NCBI GenBank assembly: GCA_965603825.1
Contig: CBFDEM010000034.1
Location: 1 to 64,000, forward strand
Origin: Blepharisma stoltei ATCC 30299
Taxonomy: Eukaryota; Protista; Ciliophora
Direction: 5' to 3'
DNA: 64,000 nucleotides
The first letter of the stretch is position 1, and each line of letters opens with the position of its first letter. A model generated the notes under the pieces. That model searched no databases. It was given only the letters and a program-made list of their open reading frames with translations, and was not told where the DNA came from. A program made the translations under genes and the position numbers. Below are positions 62,917-64,000 of this stretch, piece after piece.

Positions 62917-63661
62917 CTAATAATAATTATATAATAAAAAAATTCCTTGATTATTTAATAAAGTGATATGCAAAGATGAATAATTAAAAAAAAGCTTAAA
63001 AATTGCCATCATTATCTTATACTTTAAAGTATAGAAATATTAGTTGCAAAATACCTAGATTAAAAGTATAAGCATTAAATCGGCAATCAATAAGCTGCCC
63101 AATCAAACTAGATCAAATATAAAAATGCCAGGATGGCTGGTTTAATTTTACATATTTAGGAAAAGAAAATTTCATACAAAAAATAAAAGACAAATTCAAC
63201 AACCTTAAGAATTATTATGAGAAATTTTATATTAGCTATAGTATCATTATTGTACCAATTTTAATTATAAAATTTTCTTAAATAATTAACATAGCTAATT
63301 TACTTAATTTTTTAAATTTGTAAACCAGCATGGAGTATTAATGGCCACTTATTTTTTATTAGAATCTGACAAGAAAATACAAATAAACAAAGTTATATAC
63401 AATTGTTCAATTCTCTATTAAACATTTCTTCCTTTCGTCCCCATAGAGGTATTAAATTCTCTCTATCATTTTTAACTCCTTTGCTAAACAATGGTCATAT
63501 AGTTTTATTCCGTTTCTTAATTGATAATGAATGCATTGTCACTCTTGAACTTTTACACCTTATAAGATTATTTGCCTAAGTTTCTCTGCTTGGAAGCCTC
63601 AGCTCATTTTTTTAGGTATTTAAATCCAATAATTTGTCATATCAACAGAACTGAACAAATC

Positions 63662-64000
63662 ATGCAATCGTTAAGGCTAGTTGGTGGGAGAACTGGTAAT
63701 ACTTATCCAGGCCTTTGCAGGCTTGGAATAAAATATGCAAATGGCTTTATGCCATATGATGCATTTCAATGTTTTGTTAAAGCAATCAAGCTGAATCAAG
63801 AAAGAGGAGAGGCTTGGATAAACCTTGGTATACTATATGAAATTTTTGATCAATTTGACCAAGCAAGAGCAGCTTACAAAGAAGCTGAAAGCATAGAAGA
63901 TACAGAAAACATTGGAAAGCAAATGGCTAGCCTAATCGGGGTGAGGAAAAAGAAGGATTTACAATTTTTTTATCCATTAACAAAAATTCAAGGAAATTGC
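63662..64000 (+). CDS. TPR-containing reading frame, runs off the window; true start uncertain
   Basis: DAFQCFVKAIKLNQERGEAWINLGILYEIFDQFDQARAAYKEA is a clear TPR pair; upstream frames are broken. Confidence 0.6.
   Translation, partial: MQSLRLVGGRTGNTYPGLCRLGIKYANGFMPYDAFQCFVKAIKLNQERGEAWINLGILYEIFDQFDQARAAYKEAESIEDTENIGKQMASLIGVRKKKDLQFFYPLTKIQGNC

Overview
Eukaryotic, AT-rich, gene-dense chromosome end from a heterotrich ciliate, almost certainly the Blepharisma macronuclear genome. It opens with about 1.05 kb of (CCCTAACA)n telomere. TGA is read as Trp: TGA-split ORFs rejoin in frame, often at conserved Trp positions, and true stops are TAA/TAG. Under that code the window holds about 27 intact or near-intact genes and 3-4 degraded ones, with no intron needed. 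Genes include a disrupted hybrid histidine kinase carrying a 126-bp TA-bounded, inverted-repeat IES/MITE-like insert, ArfGAP, a DZIP1-like zinc finger/CEP164-like WW protein and a GFAT with an N-terminal presequence. Also present are a UBL protein, alpha-COP, a 3-hydroxyacyl-CoA dehydrogenase-like fusion, a WD40-TRP-like channel, an AMPK/MARK-like kinase, an HTH-family gene with a decayed duplicate, 3 tandem mitochondrial carriers, an RRM-KH protein, 2 NRF-6-like acyltransferases and OSCA/TMEM63. A 17-kb array holds four ~1155-aa receptors (two Venus-flytrap domains plus a multipass membrane module) and one truncated copy. The strongest leads are this receptor array, the retained IES/MITE, gene-specific avoidance of UGA-Trp, the presequence-bearing GFAT and start codons only 11 bp apart. 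All family calls come from motif recognition by eye; no searches were run.
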